Positions 1 through 14,766 of a DNA stretch of 64,000 bases are shown here, piece after piece. A program made the translations under genes and the position numbers. The notes below the pieces were generated by a model that saw nothing but the letters and a program-made list of their open reading frames with translations, made no database searches and was not told the origin of the DNA. Numbering within the stretch: position 1 is the stretch's first letter; the number at the start of each line of letters is the position of its first letter. The stretch lies in NCBI RefSeq assembly GCF_054482525.1, contig NZ_CM137006.1; one strand, given 5' to 3'.

Positions 1-187
1 GCAGGTTGCGAATCACGTCAACGAGGATTTCATCTGGCGCGTCAAAACCGAATGGTGCAGGATTGCCGATGTTCAGTTTCAGTACCTTGTTACCTTCTTC
101 TTCCAGGCGTTTTGCTTCTTTCAGCACCGGACCACGGATGTCGTAACAGACATTCTCTAATTTGCTGGATTTTTCAATGGGGGACAT
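1..187 (-). CDS. alaA: Glutamate-pyruvate aminotransferase AlaA (YfbQ), N-terminal part only; gene runs off the window start
   Basis: Reverse-complement translation from the ATG at 185..187 reads MSPIEKSSKLENVCYDIRGPVLKEAKRLEEEGNKVLKLNIGNPAPFGFDAPDEILVDVIRNL, which I recognise as the AlaA N-terminus; position next to lrhA fits. Confidence 0.85.
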   Translation of the reverse strand, partial: MSPIEKSSKLENVCYDIRGPVLKEAKRLEEEGNKVLKLNIGNPAPFGFDAPDEILVDVIRNL

Positions 188-2039
<1,852 letters not shown>

Positions 2040-2081
2040 TCGACGGACCATAGATAATTTCTGAGACAATAGTGTAAAAAC

Positions 2082-2122
2082 GAGCCGCTGGGGGTGTTTT
2101 AGACTCCAGCGGCTTTTTTTTA
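2082..2122 (+). terminator. Putative rho-independent terminator of lrhA
   Basis: GC-rich stem (GAGCCGCTGG / CCAGCGGCT) followed by a run of 8 T, about 45 nt after the lrhA stop. Confidence 0.55.
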
Positions 2123-2668
2123 GTAAAAAGCCTTCCTCGTATCGTGCAGAACGTACAAAACTGTTCATTTTTCAATCACCAGAGATTCACGTCCCGAACG
2201 CACAAATAATCGCCTGAAAAAAATCACCTGCTACAATGATGTTAAAAAATACGTAAATTTGTTGCTGCGTTTTTGTTATGGAATGACAAAAGCGTGTCAC
2301 AGATCAAGAAAATACTCTCTTTTGGGGGGAGGAATCGACACAAATTCCTGTCAAAATAGACCCGTATTTTTTCCATTGCTTCACAACGGACACGATTCAA
2401 CAACATCTAATTATCCTGGAGTCGTCAAGGATCTGGGGTGAAAGGGCATTAAATGCTAATGGTGTTGATATTATGTAAACTAATGTGAAGAAACTTTTGT
2501 TAAAGTTGACAAAAGGTTATAGAAAGGAGTAAAAGACCACATCAATTAGCTGTATAAAAGAGTTTCTACAGTGATTGTAAGGTTTTTTTTATTCCTCCCC
2601 ATGAATCGATGTGGCGTCCATCTGCCGTGAAGAGCAGTGAATCTGGCGCTACTTTTGATGAGTAAGCA
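2123..2668 (+). promoter_or_regulatory. nuo operon promoter/leader region
   Basis: About 550 bp AT-rich non-coding region directly upstream of nuoA; the nuo promoter region is known to be long and multiply regulated (established knowledge); individual sites not resolved here. Confidence 0.55.
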
Positions 2669-3112
2669 ATGAGTATGTCAACATCCACTGAAGTCATCGC
2701 TCATCACTGGGCATTCGCTATCTTTCTTATCGTTGCCATTGGCCTGTGTTGCCTGATGCTGGTAGGCGGTTGGTTTTTAGGCGGTCGCGCACGCGCGAGG
2801 TCGAAAAACGTGCCGTTTGAATCCGGTATCGACTCGGTCGGCTCCGCCCGCTTACGCCTGTCCGCCAAGTTTTATCTGGTGGCCATGTTCTTCGTTATCT
2901 TCGACGTTGAAGCGCTGTATCTGTTCGCATGGTCAACCTCTATCCGCGAAAGCGGCTGGGTAGGCTTTGTGGAAGCTGCAATTTTTATTTTTGTGTTACT
3001 GGCAGGTCTGGTTTATCTGGTGCGTATTGGCGCGCTGGACTGGACGCCCGCGCGTTCACGCCGCGAGCGTATGAACCCGGAAACGAACAGTATCGATAAT
3101 CGTCAACGCTAA
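2669..3112 (+). CDS. nuoA: NADH:quinone oxidoreductase subunit A
   Basis: 147-aa membrane protein, first gene of a 13-gene colinear cluster matching the nuo operon. Confidence 0.95.
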   Translation: MSMSTSTEVIAHHWAFAIFLIVAIGLCCLMLVGGWFLGGRARARSKNVPFESGIDSVGSARLRLSAKFYLVAMFFVIFDVEALYLFAWSTSIRESGWVGFVEAAIFIFVLLAGLVYLVRIGALDWTPARSRRERMNPETNSIDNRQR

Positions 3113-3127
3113 CCGCGAGGCATTAAG

Positions 3128-3790
3128 ATGGATTATACGCTCACCCGCATAGATCCCAACGGTGAGAACGACCGTTACCCCCTGCAAAAGCAGGAGATCG
3201 TAACCGACCCTCTGGAGCAAGAAGTTAACAAAAACGTGTTTATGGGCAAGCTCAATGACATGGTTAACTGGGGTCGTAAAAACTCAATTTGGCCGTATAA
3301 CTTCGGTCTTTCCTGCTGTTACGTTGAGATGGTGACTTCGTTTACCGCGGTGCATGACGTGGCGCGTTTTGGCGCAGAAGTATTGCGTGCTTCGCCGCGT
3401 CAGGCTGACCTGATGGTGGTGGCAGGAACCTGCTTTACCAAAATGGCACCGGTTATTCAGCGTCTGTATGACCAGATGCTGGAACCAAAATGGGTTATCT
3501 CAATGGGTGCCTGTGCCAACTCTGGCGGTATGTACGATATTTATTCCGTTGTGCAGGGCGTCGATAAATTCATCCCGGTTGATGTGTATATCCCGGGCTG
3601 CCCGCCGCGTCCTGAAGCGTACATGCAGGCACTGATGCTGTTGCAGGAATCTATCGGCAAAGAACGTCGTCCGCTCTCCTGGGTGGTTGGCGATCAGGGC
3701 GTTTATCGCGCCAATATGCAATCAGAGCGCGAACGCAAGCGCGGTGAACGCATTGCCGTAACCAACCTGCGTACACCTGACGAGATTTAA
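3128..3790 (+). CDS. nuoB: NADH:quinone oxidoreductase subunit B
   Basis: 220 aa, cysteine-containing Fe-S subunit sequence (CCYVEM ... GCPP). Confidence 0.95.
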
Positions 3791-3883
3791 TTTGCGCCTG
3801 TCGGCAAAGGGATTTTTCTTCGCTTATTCCTAAATCTATTTCGCGAAGCTTACTGCGCCGACAGTCACCACGGACCATTTGCA

Positions 3884-5686
3884 ATGGTGAACAATATGAC
3901 CGACTTAACCGCGCAAGAACCCGCCTGGCAGACCCGCGATCATCTTGATGATCCGGTGATTGGCGAACTGCGCAACCGTTTTGGGCCGGATGCCTTTACT
4001 GTTCAGGCGACTCGCACCGGGGTTCCCGTTGTGTGGATCAAGCGTGAACAATTACTGGAAGTGGCCGATTTCTTAAAGAAACTGCCGAAACCTTACGTCA
4101 TGCTGTTTGACTTACACGGCATGGACGAACGTCTGCGCACACACCGCGAAGGGTTACCTGCCGCGGATTTTTCCGTTTTCTACCATCTGATTTCTATCGA
4201 TCGTAACCGCGACATCATGCTGAAGGTGGCGCTGGCAGAAAACGATCTGCACGTACCGACCTTCACCAAACTGTTCCCGAACGCTAACTGGTATGAGCGT
4301 GAAACCTGGGATCTGTTTGGCATTACTTTCGACGGTCACCCGAACCTGCGCCGCATCATGATGCCGCAAACCTGGAAAGGTCACCCGCTGCGTAAAGATT
4401 ACCCGGCGCGCGCTACCGAATTCTCGCCGTTTGAGCTGACCAAAGCCAAACAGGATCTGGAAATGGAAGCCCTGACCTTCAAACCGGAAGAGTGGGGGAT
4501 GAAGCGCGGCACCGAAAACGAGGACTTCATGTTCCTCAACCTCGGTCCGAACCACCCGTCGGCGCACGGGGCTTTCCGTATCGTTTTACAACTCGATGGC
4601 GAAGAGATTGTCGACTGCGTACCAGACATCGGTTACCACCACCGTGGTGCAGAGAAAATGGGCGAACGCCAGTCCTGGCACAGCTACATTCCTTATACCG
4701 ACCGTATCGAATACCTCGGCGGCTGCGTTAACGAAATGCCTTACGTGCTGGCGGTAGAGAAACTGGCCGGGATCACCGTGCCGGATCGCGTTAACGTCAT
4801 TCGCGTAATGCTCTCCGAACTGTTCCGCATCAACAGCCACCTGCTGTATATCTCGACCTTTATTCAGGACGTCGGCGCGATGACGCCAGTGTTCTTCGCC
4901 TTTACCGATCGTCAGAAAATTTACGATCTGGTGGAAGCAATCACTGGTTTTCGTATGCACCCGGCGTGGTTCCGTATTGGCGGCGTAGCGCACGACCTGC
5001 CGCGTGGCTGGGATCGCCTGCTGCGTGAGTTTCTCGACTGGATGCCGAAACGTCTGGCGTCTTACGAGAAAGCGGCGCTGCAAAACACCATTCTGAAAGG
5101 TCGTTCCCAGGGCGTTGCCGCCTATGGCGCGAAAGAGGCGCTGGAGTGGGGCACCACCGGCGCGGGCCTGCGTGCTACCGGGATCGACTTCGACGTGCGT
5201 AAGGCGCGTCCTTATTCTGGCTATGAAAACTTCGACTTTGAAATCCCGGTTGGTGGTGGTGTTTCTGACTGCTACACCCGCGTAATGCTGAAAGTGGAAG
5301 AGCTGCGCCAGAGTCTGCGCATTCTTGAGCAGTGCCTCAACAACATGCCGGAAGGCCCGTTCAAAGCGGATCACCCGCTGACCACGCCGCCGCCGAAAGA
5401 GCGCACGCTGCAACATATCGAAACCCTGATCACCCACTTCCTGCAAGTGTCGTGGGGTCCGGTGATGCCTGCCAATGAATCCTTCCAGATGATTGAGGCG
5501 ACCAAAGGGATCAACAGTTACTACCTGACCAGCGACGGTAGCACCATGAGTTATCGCACTCGTATCCGCACGCCGAGTTATGCGCATTTGCAGCAAATTC
5601 CGGCGGCGATCCGCGGCAGCTTGGTGTCTGACCTGATTGTTTATCTGGGCAGTATCGATTTTGTTATGTCAGATGTGGACCGCTAA
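3884..5686 (+). CDS. nuoC: NADH:quinone oxidoreductase fused subunit C/D
   Basis: 600-aa ORF; an alternative ATG at 3896 gives MTDLTAQEP (596 aa); fused C/D subunit typical of E. coli. Confidence 0.93.
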   Translation: MVNNMTDLTAQEPAWQTRDHLDDPVIGELRNRFGPDAFTVQATRTGVPVVWIKREQLLEVADFLKKLPKPYVMLFDLHGMDERLRTHREGLPAADFSVFYHLISIDRNRDIMLKVALAENDLHVPTFTKLFPNANWYERETWDLFGITFDGHPNLRRIMMPQTWKGHPLRKDYPARATEFSPFELTKAKQDLEMEALTFKPEEWGMKRGTENEDFMFLNLGPNHPSAHGAFRIVLQLDGEEIVDCVPDIGYHHRGAEKMGERQSWHSYIPYTDRIEYLGGCVNEMPYVLAVEKLAGITVPDRVNVIRVMLSELFRINSHLLYISTFIQDVGAMTPVFFAFTDRQKIYDLVEAITGFRMHPAWFRIGGVAHDLPRGWDRLLREFLDWMPKRLASYEKAALQNTILKGRSQGVAAYGAKEALEWGTTGAGLRATGIDFDVRKARPYSGYENFDFEIPVGGGVSDCYTRVMLKVEELRQSLRILEQCLNNMPEGPFKADHPLTTPPPKERTLQHIETLITHFLQVSWGPVMPANESFQMIEATKGINSYYLTSDGSTMSYRTRIRTPSYAHLQQIPAAIRGSLVSDLIVYLGSIDFVMSDVDR

Positions 5687-5688
5687 TT

Positions 5689-6189
5689 ATGCACGAGAAT
5701 CAACAACCACAAACCGAGGCTTTTGAGCTGAGTGCGGCAGAGCGTGAAGCGATTGAGCACGAAATGCACCACTACGAAGACCCGCGTGCGGCGTCCATTG
5801 AAGCGCTGAAAATCGTTCAGAAGCAGCGTGGCTGGGTGCCGGATGGCGCGATCCACGCGATCGCCGATGTGCTGGGTATTCCGGCGAGCGACGTCGAAGG
5901 TGTGGCAACGTTTTATAGCCAGATCTTCCGCCAGCCGGTTGGCCGCCATGTGATCCGTTATTGCGACAGCGTGGTCTGTCATATCAACGGTTACCAGGGT
6001 ATTCAGGCGGCGCTCGAGAAAAAGCTGAACATCAAACCAGGGCAAACGACATTTGACGGTCGCTTTACGCTGCTGCCAACTTGCTGCCTGGGGAACTGTG
6101 ATAAAGGGCCAAACATGATGATCGATGAGGACACTCACGCGCATCTGACCCCGGAAGCGATCCCTGAACTGCTGGAGCGGTATAAATGA
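5689..6189 (+). CDS. nuoE: NADH:quinone oxidoreductase subunit E
   Basis: 166 aa, 2Fe-2S thioredoxin-like subunit; position in operon. Confidence 0.95.
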
Positions 6190-7523
6190 AAAACATTATC
6201 CGTACTCCCGAAACGCATCCGCTGACCTGGCGTCTGCGCGATGACAAACAGCCAGTGTGGCTGGACGAATACCGCAGCAAAAACGGTTACGAAGGGGCGC
6301 GTAAGGCGCTGACCGGGCTGTCTCCGGACGAAATTGTTAATCAGGTAAAAGACGCTGGTCTGAAAGGGCGCGGCGGCGCGGGCTTTTCGACTGGCCTGAA
6401 ATGGAGCCTGATGCCGAAAGACGAATCCATGAACATCCGTTACCTGCTATGTAACGCCGATGAAATGGAGCCGGGCACCTATAAAGACCGCCTGCTGATG
6501 GAGCAACTGCCGCACCTGCTGGTGGAAGGTATGCTCATCTCCGCGTTTGCCCTGAAAGCGTACCGTGGCTACATCTTCCTGCGTGGCGAGTATATCGAAG
6601 CGGCAGTGAATCTGCGCCGTGCCATTGCCGAAGCCACCGAAGCGGGTCTGCTTGGCAAAAACATTATGGGAACAGGTTTCGACTTCGAATTGTTCGTCCA
6701 TACCGGGGCAGGGCGCTACATCTGCGGTGAAGAAACAGCGTTAATCAACTCCCTGGAAGGGCGTCGCGCTAACCCACGCTCGAAGCCTCCATTCCCGGCA
6801 ACCTCCGGTGCATGGGGCAAACCGACCTGTGTCAATAACGTCGAAACCCTGTGTAACGTTCCGGCGATCCTTGCTAACGGCGTGGAGTGGTATCAGAACA
6901 TCTCGAAAAGTAAAGATGCTGGCACCAAGCTGATGGGCTTCTCCGGTCGGGTGAAAAATCCGGGCCTGTGGGAACTGCCGTTCGGCACCACCGCACGCGA
7001 GATCCTCGAAGATTACGCCGGTGGTATGCGTGACGGTCTGAAATTCAAAGCCTGGCAGCCAGGCGGTGCTGGTACTGACTTCCTGACTGAAGCGCACCTT
7101 GACCTGCCGATGGAATTCGAAAGTATCGGTAAAGCGGGAAGCCGTCTGGGTACGGCGCTGGCGATGGCGGTTGACCATGAGATCAACATGGTGTCGCTGG
7201 TGCGTAACCTGGAAGAGTTTTTCGCCCGTGAGTCCTGCGGCTGGTGTACGCCGTGCCGCGACGGTCTGCCGTGGAGCGTGAAAATTCTGCGTGCGCTGGA
7301 GCGTGGCGAAGGTCAGCCGGGCGATATCGAAACACTTGAGCAACTGTGTCGATTCTTAGGCCCGGGTAAAACTTTCTGTGCCCACGCACCTGGTGCAGTG
7401 GAGCCGTTACAGAGCGCCATCAAATATTTCCGCGAAGAATTTGAGGCGGGAATCAAACAGCCGTTCAGCAATACCCATTTGATTAATGGGATTCAGCCGA
7501 ACCTGCTGAAAGAGCGCTGGTAA
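6186..7523 (+). CDS. nuoF: NADH:quinone oxidoreductase subunit F (NADH-binding, FMN)
   Basis: 445 aa; GxGxxG-type nucleotide-binding motif (GRGGAGF); 4-nt overlap with nuoE. Confidence 0.95.
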   Translation: MKNIIRTPETHPLTWRLRDDKQPVWLDEYRSKNGYEGARKALTGLSPDEIVNQVKDAGLKGRGGAGFSTGLKWSLMPKDESMNIRYLLCNADEMEPGTYKDRLLMEQLPHLLVEGMLISAFALKAYRGYIFLRGEYIEAAVNLRRAIAEATEAGLLGKNIMGTGFDFELFVHTGAGRYICGEETALINSLEGRRANPRSKPPFPATSGAWGKPTCVNNVETLCNVPAILANGVEWYQNISKSKDAGTKLMGFSGRVKNPGLWELPFGTTAREILEDYAGGMRDGLKFKAWQPGGAGTDFLTEAHLDLPMEFESIGKAGSRLGTALAMAVDHEINMVSLVRNLEEFFARESCGWCTPCRDGLPWSVKILRALERGEGQPGDIETLEQLCRFLGPGKTFCAHAPGAVEPLQSAIKYFREEFEAGIKQPFSNTHLINGIQPNLLKERW

Positions 7524-7575
7524 CCGAATTTCGATTAACGCTCAGTCTCTGACTGAGAAAACTGGAAGCATGCTA

Positions 7576-10302
7576 ATGGCTACAATTCATGTAGACGGCA
7601 AAGAATACGAGGTCAACGGAGCGGACAACCTGCTGGAAGCTTGTCTGTCTCTGGGCCTTGATATTCCTTACTTTTGCTGGCATCCGGCGCTGGGAAGCGT
7701 CGGTGCTTGCCGCCAGTGTGCGGTGAAGCAATACCAAAACGCGGAAGACACGCGTGGTCGCCTGGTGATGTCCTGTATGACACCGGCTTCCGATGGCACC
7801 TTTATTTCCATTGACGACGAAGAAGCGAAACAGTTCCGTGAAAGTGTGGTCGAGTGGTTAATGACCAACCACCCGCACGACTGTCCGGTATGTGAAGAGG
7901 GCGGTAACTGCCATCTTCAGGATATGACTGTGATGACCGGACACAGCTTCCGTCGCTACCGTTTCACCAAACGTACCCACCGTAATCAGGATTTGGGGCC
8001 ATTCATCTCTCACGAAATGAACCGCTGCATCGCCTGCTACCGCTGCGTGCGTTACTACAAAGATTACGCTGACGGCACGGACCTGGGCGTTTACGGTGCG
8101 CACGACAACGTCTACTTCGGTCGCCCGGAAGACGGCACGCTGGAAAGCGAATTTTCCGGTAATCTGGTCGAGATTTGCCCGACCGGCGTATTCACCGACA
8201 AAACGCACTCCGAGCGTTACAACCGTAAATGGGATATGCAGTTTGCGCCGAGCATCTGCCAGCAATGTTCCATCGGCTGTAACATCAGCCCCGGCGAGCG
8301 TTACGGCGAACTGCGTCGTATCGAAAACCGTTACAACGGTACGGTAAACCACTACTTCCTCTGCGACCGTGGTCGTTTCGGTTACGGCTACGTCAACCTG
8401 AAAGATCGTCCGCGTCAGCCAGTACAGCGTCGTGGCGATGATTTCATTACCCTCAATGCCGAACAGGCAATGCAGGGCGCAGCAGATATTCTGCGTCAGT
8501 CGAAGAAAGTGATCGGTATTGGTTCTCCGCGTGCCAGCGTGGAAAGCAACTTTGCGCTGCGTGAGCTGGTGGGCGAAGAAAACTTCTACACCGGTATCGC
8601 TCACGGTGAGCAGGAACGTCTGCAACTGGCGCTGAAAGTACTGCGTGAAGGCGGCATTTATACGCCGGCACTGCGCGAAATCGAATCTTACGATGCGGTA
8701 CTGGTGCTGGGCGAAGACGTTACCCAGACCGGCGCGCGCGTCGCGCTGGCAGTTCGTCAGGCGGTGAAAGGTAAAGCACGCGAAATGGCGGCAGCACAGA
8801 AAGTGGCTGACTGGCAGATTGCGGCAATCCTCAACATCGGTCAACGTGCTAAGCATCCGCTGTTTGTTACCAACGTTGATGACACCCGTCTGGATGATAT
8901 CGCGGCGTGGACTTACCGCGCACCGGTTGAAGATCAGGCGCGTTTAGGTTTTGCCATCGCCCATGCGCTGGACAACTCAGCACCAGCGGTTGACGGTATC
9001 GAACCTGAGCTGCAAAGCAAAATCGACGTCATCGTGCAGGCTCTGGCGGGGGCGAAGAAACCGTTGATTATCTCCGGGACGAACGCCGGCAGCGCTGAAG
9101 TTATTCAGGCGGCGGCTAACGTCGCAAAAGCCCTGAAAGGTCGCGGCGCTGACGTCGGTATCACCATGATTGCCCGTTCCGTCAACAGCATGGGGCTGGG
9201 CATTATGGGCGGTGGATCGCTTGAAGAAGCGTTAACCGAACTGGAAACCGGACGCGCCGACGCGGTGGTGGTGCTGGAAAACGATCTGCATCGTCACGCT
9301 TCCGCTACCCGCGTGAATGCTGCGCTGGCGAAAGCGCCGCTGGTGATGGTGGTTGACCATCAACGCACAGCGATTATGGAAAACGCCCATCTGGTACTTT
9401 CCGCCGCCAGCTTTGCTGAAAGCGACGGTACGGTAATTAATAATGAAGGTCGCGCCCAACGTTTCTTCCAGGTTTACGATCCGGCTTATTACGACAGCAA
9501 AACTGTCATGCTGGAAAGCTGGCGCTGGTTACACTCGCTGCACAGCACCCTGCTGAGCCGTGAAGTGGACTGGACGCAGCTCGACCACGTGATTGACGCT
9601 GTTGTGGCGAAAATCCCGGAACTGGCAGGTATCAAAGATGCTGCGCCGGATGCGACATTCCGTATTCGTGGGCAGAAACTGGCCCGTGAGCCGCACCGTT
9701 ACAGCGGTCGTACCGCCATGCGCGCCAACATCAGCGTTCATGAGCCGCGTCAGCCGCAGGATATTGACACCATGTTCACCTTCTCGATGGAAGGTAACAA
9801 CCAGCCGACCGCGCACCGTTCGCAAGTGCCGTTTGCCTGGGCACCGGGCTGGAACTCCCCGCAGGCGTGGAACAAATTCCAGGACGAAGTGGGCGGCAAA
9901 CTGCGCTTTGGCGATCCAGGTGTGCGTCTGTTTGAAACCAGCGAAAACGGTCTGGATTACTTCACCAGCGTACCGGCACGCTTCCAGCCGCAGGCAGGGA
10001 AATGGCGTATCGCGCCGTACTACCACCTGTTTGGCAGCGATGAATTGTCACAGCGTGCTCCGGTTTTCCAGAGCCGTATGCCACAGCCGTACATCAAACT
10101 TAACCCAGCGGATGCCGCGAAGTTGGGTGTGAACGCGGGCACTCGCGTCTCCTTTAGCTACGATGGCAACACGGTCACGCTGCCGGTTGAAATCGCCGAA
10201 GGGCTGACGGCAGGGCAGGTTGGCTTGCCGATGGGTATGTCCGGCATTGCTCCGGTGCTGGCTGGCGCGCATCTTGAGGATCTCAAGGAGGCACAACAAT
10301 GA
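7576..10302 (+). CDS. nuoG: NADH:quinone oxidoreductase subunit G
   Basis: ORF opens at 7570 (MLM...); the third ATG at 7576 gives [11 protein letters not shown] and 908 aa; multiple Cys clusters. Confidence 0.93.
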
Positions 10303-11276
10303 GTTGGATATCACCGGAACTGATTGAGATCCTGCTGACCATCCTCAAAGCGGTGGTGATCCTGCTGGTGGTTGTCACCTGTGGGGCATTCATGAGCTTT
10401 GGCGAACGTCGCCTGCTGGGTCTGTTCCAGAACCGTTACGGACCTAACCGTGTTGGCTGGGGCGGTTCGCTCCAGCTGGTTGCGGACATGATCAAGATGT
10501 TCTTTAAAGAAGACTGGATCCCGAAATTCTCGGATCGCGTCATCTTTACCCTGGCACCGATGATTGCCTTTACCTCGCTGCTGCTGGCCTTTGCGATTGT
10601 GCCAGTCAGCCCAGGTTGGGTGGTTGCCGACCTGAACATCGGGATTTTGTTCTTCCTGATGATGGCCGGTCTGGCGGTCTACGCGGTGCTGTTTGCGGGC
10701 TGGTCAAGTAACAACAAATACTCGTTGCTGGGGGCGATGCGTGCTTCTGCGCAGACTCTGAGCTACGAAGTGTTCCTCGGGCTTTCCCTGATGGGCGTGG
10801 TGGCGCAGGCCGGTTCATTCAACATGACCGACATCGTCAACAGCCAGGCGCATGTGTGGAACGTCATCCCGCAATTCTTTGGTTTTATTACCTTTGCCAT
10901 CGCGGGCGTGGCGGTGTGTCACCGTCACCCGTTTGACCAGCCGGAAGCCGAGCAGGAACTGGCGGATGGTTACCACATTGAATATTCCGGTATGAAGTTC
11001 GGTCTGTTCTTCGTGGGTGAGTACATCGGGATTGTGACCATCTCTGCATTGATGGTGACGCTGTTCTTCGGTGGCTGGCAAGGCCCGTTGTTACCGCCAT
11101 TCATCTGGTTCGCGCTGAAAACCGCGTTCTTTATGATGATGTTCATTTTGATTCGTGCGTCGTTACCGCGTCCGCGTTATGACCAGGTAATGTCCTTCGG
11201 CTGGAAAATCTGCCTGCCGCTGACGCTGATCAACTTGCTGGTAACGGCGGCTGTCATTCTCTGGCAGGCGCAATAA
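10299..11276 (+). CDS. nuoH: NADH:quinone oxidoreductase subunit H
   Basis: 325-aa polytopic membrane protein; 4-nt overlap with nuoG. Confidence 0.95.
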
Positions 11277-11290
11277 GGGGCAATAAGACC

Positions 11291-11833
11291 ATGACCTTAA
11301 AAGAATTGTTAGTAGGTTTCGGCACCCAGGTTCGTAGTATCTGGATGATCGGCCTGCACGCGTTCGCCAAACGCGAAACGCGAATGTACCCGGAAGAGCC
11401 GGTCTATCTGCCGCCCCGTTATCGTGGTCGTATCGTTCTGACCCGCGACCCGGACGGCGAAGAGCGTTGCGTAGCCTGTAACCTCTGTGCGGTAGCCTGC
11501 CCGGTCGGCTGTATCTCGCTGCAAAAAGCAGAAACCAAAGACGGTCGCTGGTATCCGGAATTTTTCCGCATCAACTTCTCACGCTGCATTTTCTGTGGCC
11601 TGTGCGAAGAAGCCTGTCCGACCACGGCGATTCAGTTAACCCCGGATTTCGAAATGGGGGAATACAAGCGCCAGGATCTGGTTTACGAGAAAGAGGATCT
11701 GCTGATCTCCGGTCCGGGCAAATACCCGGAATATAACTTCTACCGGATGGCAGGTATGGCAATCGACGGCAAAGATAAGGGCGAAGCAGAGAACGAAGCC
11801 AAGCCTATCGACGTCAAGAGCCTGTTACCGTAA
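11291..11833 (+). CDS. nuoI: NADH:quinone oxidoreductase subunit I (2x 4Fe-4S ferredoxin)
   Basis: 180 aa with two CxxCxxCxxxCP motifs ([18 protein letters not shown]). Confidence 0.95.
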
Positions 11834-11844
11834 GGAGAGGGGCA

Positions 11845-12399
11845 ATGGAGTTCGCTTTTTATATCTGTGGCCTGATAGCCATACTTGCGACCTTGCGAGT
11901 GATCACCCATACCAATCCGGTACACGCACTGCTGTACCTGATTATTTCGCTGCTGGCGATCTCAGGGGTGTTCTTCTCACTGGGCGCTTACTTTGCCGGT
12001 GCGCTGGAAATTATCGTCTACGCGGGTGCCATTATGGTGCTGTTCGTGTTCGTGGTGATGATGCTCAACCTGGGCGGTTCAGAAATTGAACAGGAACGCC
12101 AGTGGCTGAAACCGCAGGTGTGGATTGGTCCGGCGATTTTGTCGGCCATCATGCTGGTGGTGATTGTTTACGCCATCCTTGGTGTTAATGATCAGGGTAT
12201 CGACGGTACGCCAATCAGTGCTAAAGCAGTGGGTATTACGCTGTTCGGGCCTTACGTACTGGCGGTGGAACTGGCTTCTATGCTGCTGCTCGCGGGTCTG
12301 GTTGTGGCCTTCCACGTTGGTCGTGAAGAGCGAGCGGGTGAAGTGCTGAGCAATCGTAAAGACGACAGCGCGAAAAGAAAAACGGAGGAGCACGCATGA
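11845..12399 (+). CDS. nuoJ: NADH:quinone oxidoreductase subunit J
   Basis: 184-aa membrane subunit, operon position. Confidence 0.95.
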
Positions 12400-12698
12400 T
12401 CCCCTTACAACATGGACTGATCCTCGCGGCAATCTTATTCGTTCTTGGCTTAACTGGTCTGGTTATCCGTCGCAATCTGCTGTTTATGCTGATTGGTCTG
12501 GAAATCATGATTAACGCCTCTGCGCTGGCCTTTGTGGTCGCCGGAAGCTACTGGGGCCAGACCGACGGTCAGGTGATGTATATTCTCGCCATCAGCCTCG
12601 CGGCGGCAGAAGCGAGTATCGGCCTAGCGCTGCTGCTGCAACTTCACCGTCGTCGCCAGAACCTGAACATCGATTCAGTAAGTGAGATGCGCGGATGA
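12396..12698 (+). CDS. nuoK: NADH:quinone oxidoreductase subunit K
   Basis: 100-aa membrane subunit, 4-nt overlap with nuoJ. Confidence 0.95.
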
Positions 12699-14536
12699 AC
12701 ATGCTTGCCTTAACCATTATTTTGCCATTGATTGGCTTTGTCCTGCTGGCGTTCTCCCGTGGGCGCTGGTCTGAAAACGTCTCGGCGATCGTTGGCGTTG
12801 GCTCTGTAGGCCTGGCGGCACTGGTAACTGCCTTTATTGGCGTCGACTTCTTCGCTAACGGCGAGCAGGCATACAGCCAGCCGCTGTGGACATGGATGTC
12901 GGTAGGCGACTTTAACATCGGTTTTAACCTGGTGCTGGACGGCCTGTCGCTGACCATGCTCTCGGTGGTCACTGGTGTGGGTTTCCTTATTCACATGTAC
13001 GCCTCCTGGTATATGCGCGGTGAAGAGGGCTACTCTCGCTTCTTCGCTTACACCAACCTGTTCATCGCCAGCATGGTAGTTCTGGTGCTTGCCGACAACC
13101 TGCTGCTGATGTACCTCGGCTGGGAAGGCGTGGGCCTGTGCTCCTATCTGCTGATCGGTTTCTATTACACCGATCCGAAGAATGGCGCAGCGGCAATGAA
13201 AGCGTTCGTCGTGACCCGTGTGGGTGACGTCTTCCTCGCTTTCGCGCTGTTCATTCTTTACAACGAACTGGGCACCCTGAACTTCCGCGAAATGGTGGAA
13301 CTGGCACCAGCGCACTTTGCTGACGGCAATAACATGCTGATGTGGGCGACGCTGATGCTGCTGGGCGGTGCGGTCGGTAAATCTGCGCAGTTGCCGTTGC
13401 AGACATGGCTTGCCGACGCGATGGCGGGCCCGACGCCTGTCTCCGCGCTGATCCACGCCGCAACGATGGTAACCGCGGGTGTCTACCTGATCGCCCGTAC
13501 CCACGGCCTGTTCCTGATGACGCCGGAAGTTCTGCATCTGGTGGGCATTGTTGGGGCGGTTACGCTGCTGCTGGCCGGTTTTGCGGCGCTGGTACAGACC
13601 GACATCAAACGTGTTCTCGCTTACTCTACCATGAGCCAGATTGGCTACATGTTCCTCGCGCTTGGCGTACAGGCATGGGATGCGGCGATTTTCCACTTGA
13701 TGACTCACGCGTTCTTTAAAGCGCTGCTGTTCCTGGCATCCGGTTCCGTCATTCTGGCCTGCCATCACGAACAGAACATCTTCAAGATGGGCGGTCTGCG
13801 TAAATCTATTCCGCTGGTTTATCTCTGCTTCCTGGTGGGCGGCGCAGCACTGTCGGCACTGCCGCTGGTCACTGCGGGCTTCTTCAGTAAGGATGAGATC
13901 CTCGCGGGTGCGATGGCGAATGGTCATATCAATCTGATGGTGGCTGGTCTGGTCGGTGCGTTTATGACCTCGCTCTACACCTTCCGTATGATTTTCATCG
14001 TCTTCCACGGAAAAGAACAAATTCACGCTCACGCCGTGAAAGGGGTAACTCACAGCCTGCCGCTGATTGTGCTGCTGATCCTTTCCACCTTCGTTGGCGC
14101 ACTGATTGTACCGCCGCTGCAGGGCGTGCTTCCGCAAACGACGGAGCTGGCGCACGGCAGCATGTTGACCCTGGAAATTACCTCTGGTGTGGTCGCGGTG
14201 GTCGGCATTCTGCTGGCAGCCTGGCTGTGGCTGGGTAAACGTACTCTGGTGACCTCCATCGCCAACAGTGCGCCGGGCCGTCTGCTGGGCACCTGGTGGT
14301 ACAACGCCTGGGGCTTTGACTGGCTGTACGACAAAGTGTTCGTCAAGCCGTTCCTGGGTGTTGCCTGGTTGCTGAAACGCGATCCGCTGAACTCAATGAT
14401 GAACATCCCGGCTGTCCTTTCCCGCTTTGCAGGTAAAGGTCTGCTGTTAAGCGAGAACGGTTATCTGCGCTGGTATGTGGCATCCATGAGCATCGGTGCG
14501 GTCGTGGTGCTGGCACTGTTGATGGTACTGCGTTGA
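12695..14536 (+). CDS. nuoL: NADH:quinone oxidoreductase subunit L
   Basis: 613-aa antiporter-like membrane subunit. Confidence 0.95.
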
Positions 14537-14557
14537 GTTGTTGGCTGAGTGAATATA

Positions 14558-14574
14558 CCCGGCGTTGCGCCGGG
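14558..14574 (+). other. Stable hairpin in the nuoL-nuoM intra-operon spacer
   Basis: CCCGGCG-TTG-CGCCGGG, a 7-bp GC stem with 3-nt loop, 22 nt after the nuoL stop, inside a 230-bp untranslated spacer. Confidence 0.5.
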
Positions 14575-14766
14575 TCTGTGAACTAAGAATAAATTTTAGG
14601 TAACTGTTCCTGAAGTACAGGCGTCATCGGCGAAGTCAGACCGGATACCGCCAGCGCACAGCAACCGGAGCGTACTTAAGTACGTGAGGATTGCGAGCAC
14701 TGCCGGGATTCGGGCTGGCGAGTGAGATAGCCTGAGCAGGAGTAAATATAAGGGACATACTTAGCT

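Noticed and set aside
4586-5596. 336-aa minus-strand ORF
   Set aside because: Antisense to nuoC, which has a clear conserved product; no independent start context.
7858-8856. 332-aa minus-strand ORF
   Set aside because: Antisense inside nuoG; shadow ORF.
12710-14155. 481-aa minus-strand ORF
   Set aside because: Lies entirely antisense within nuoL; His/Arg/Gln-rich low-complexity translation typical of antisense frames of GC-rich membrane-protein genes.
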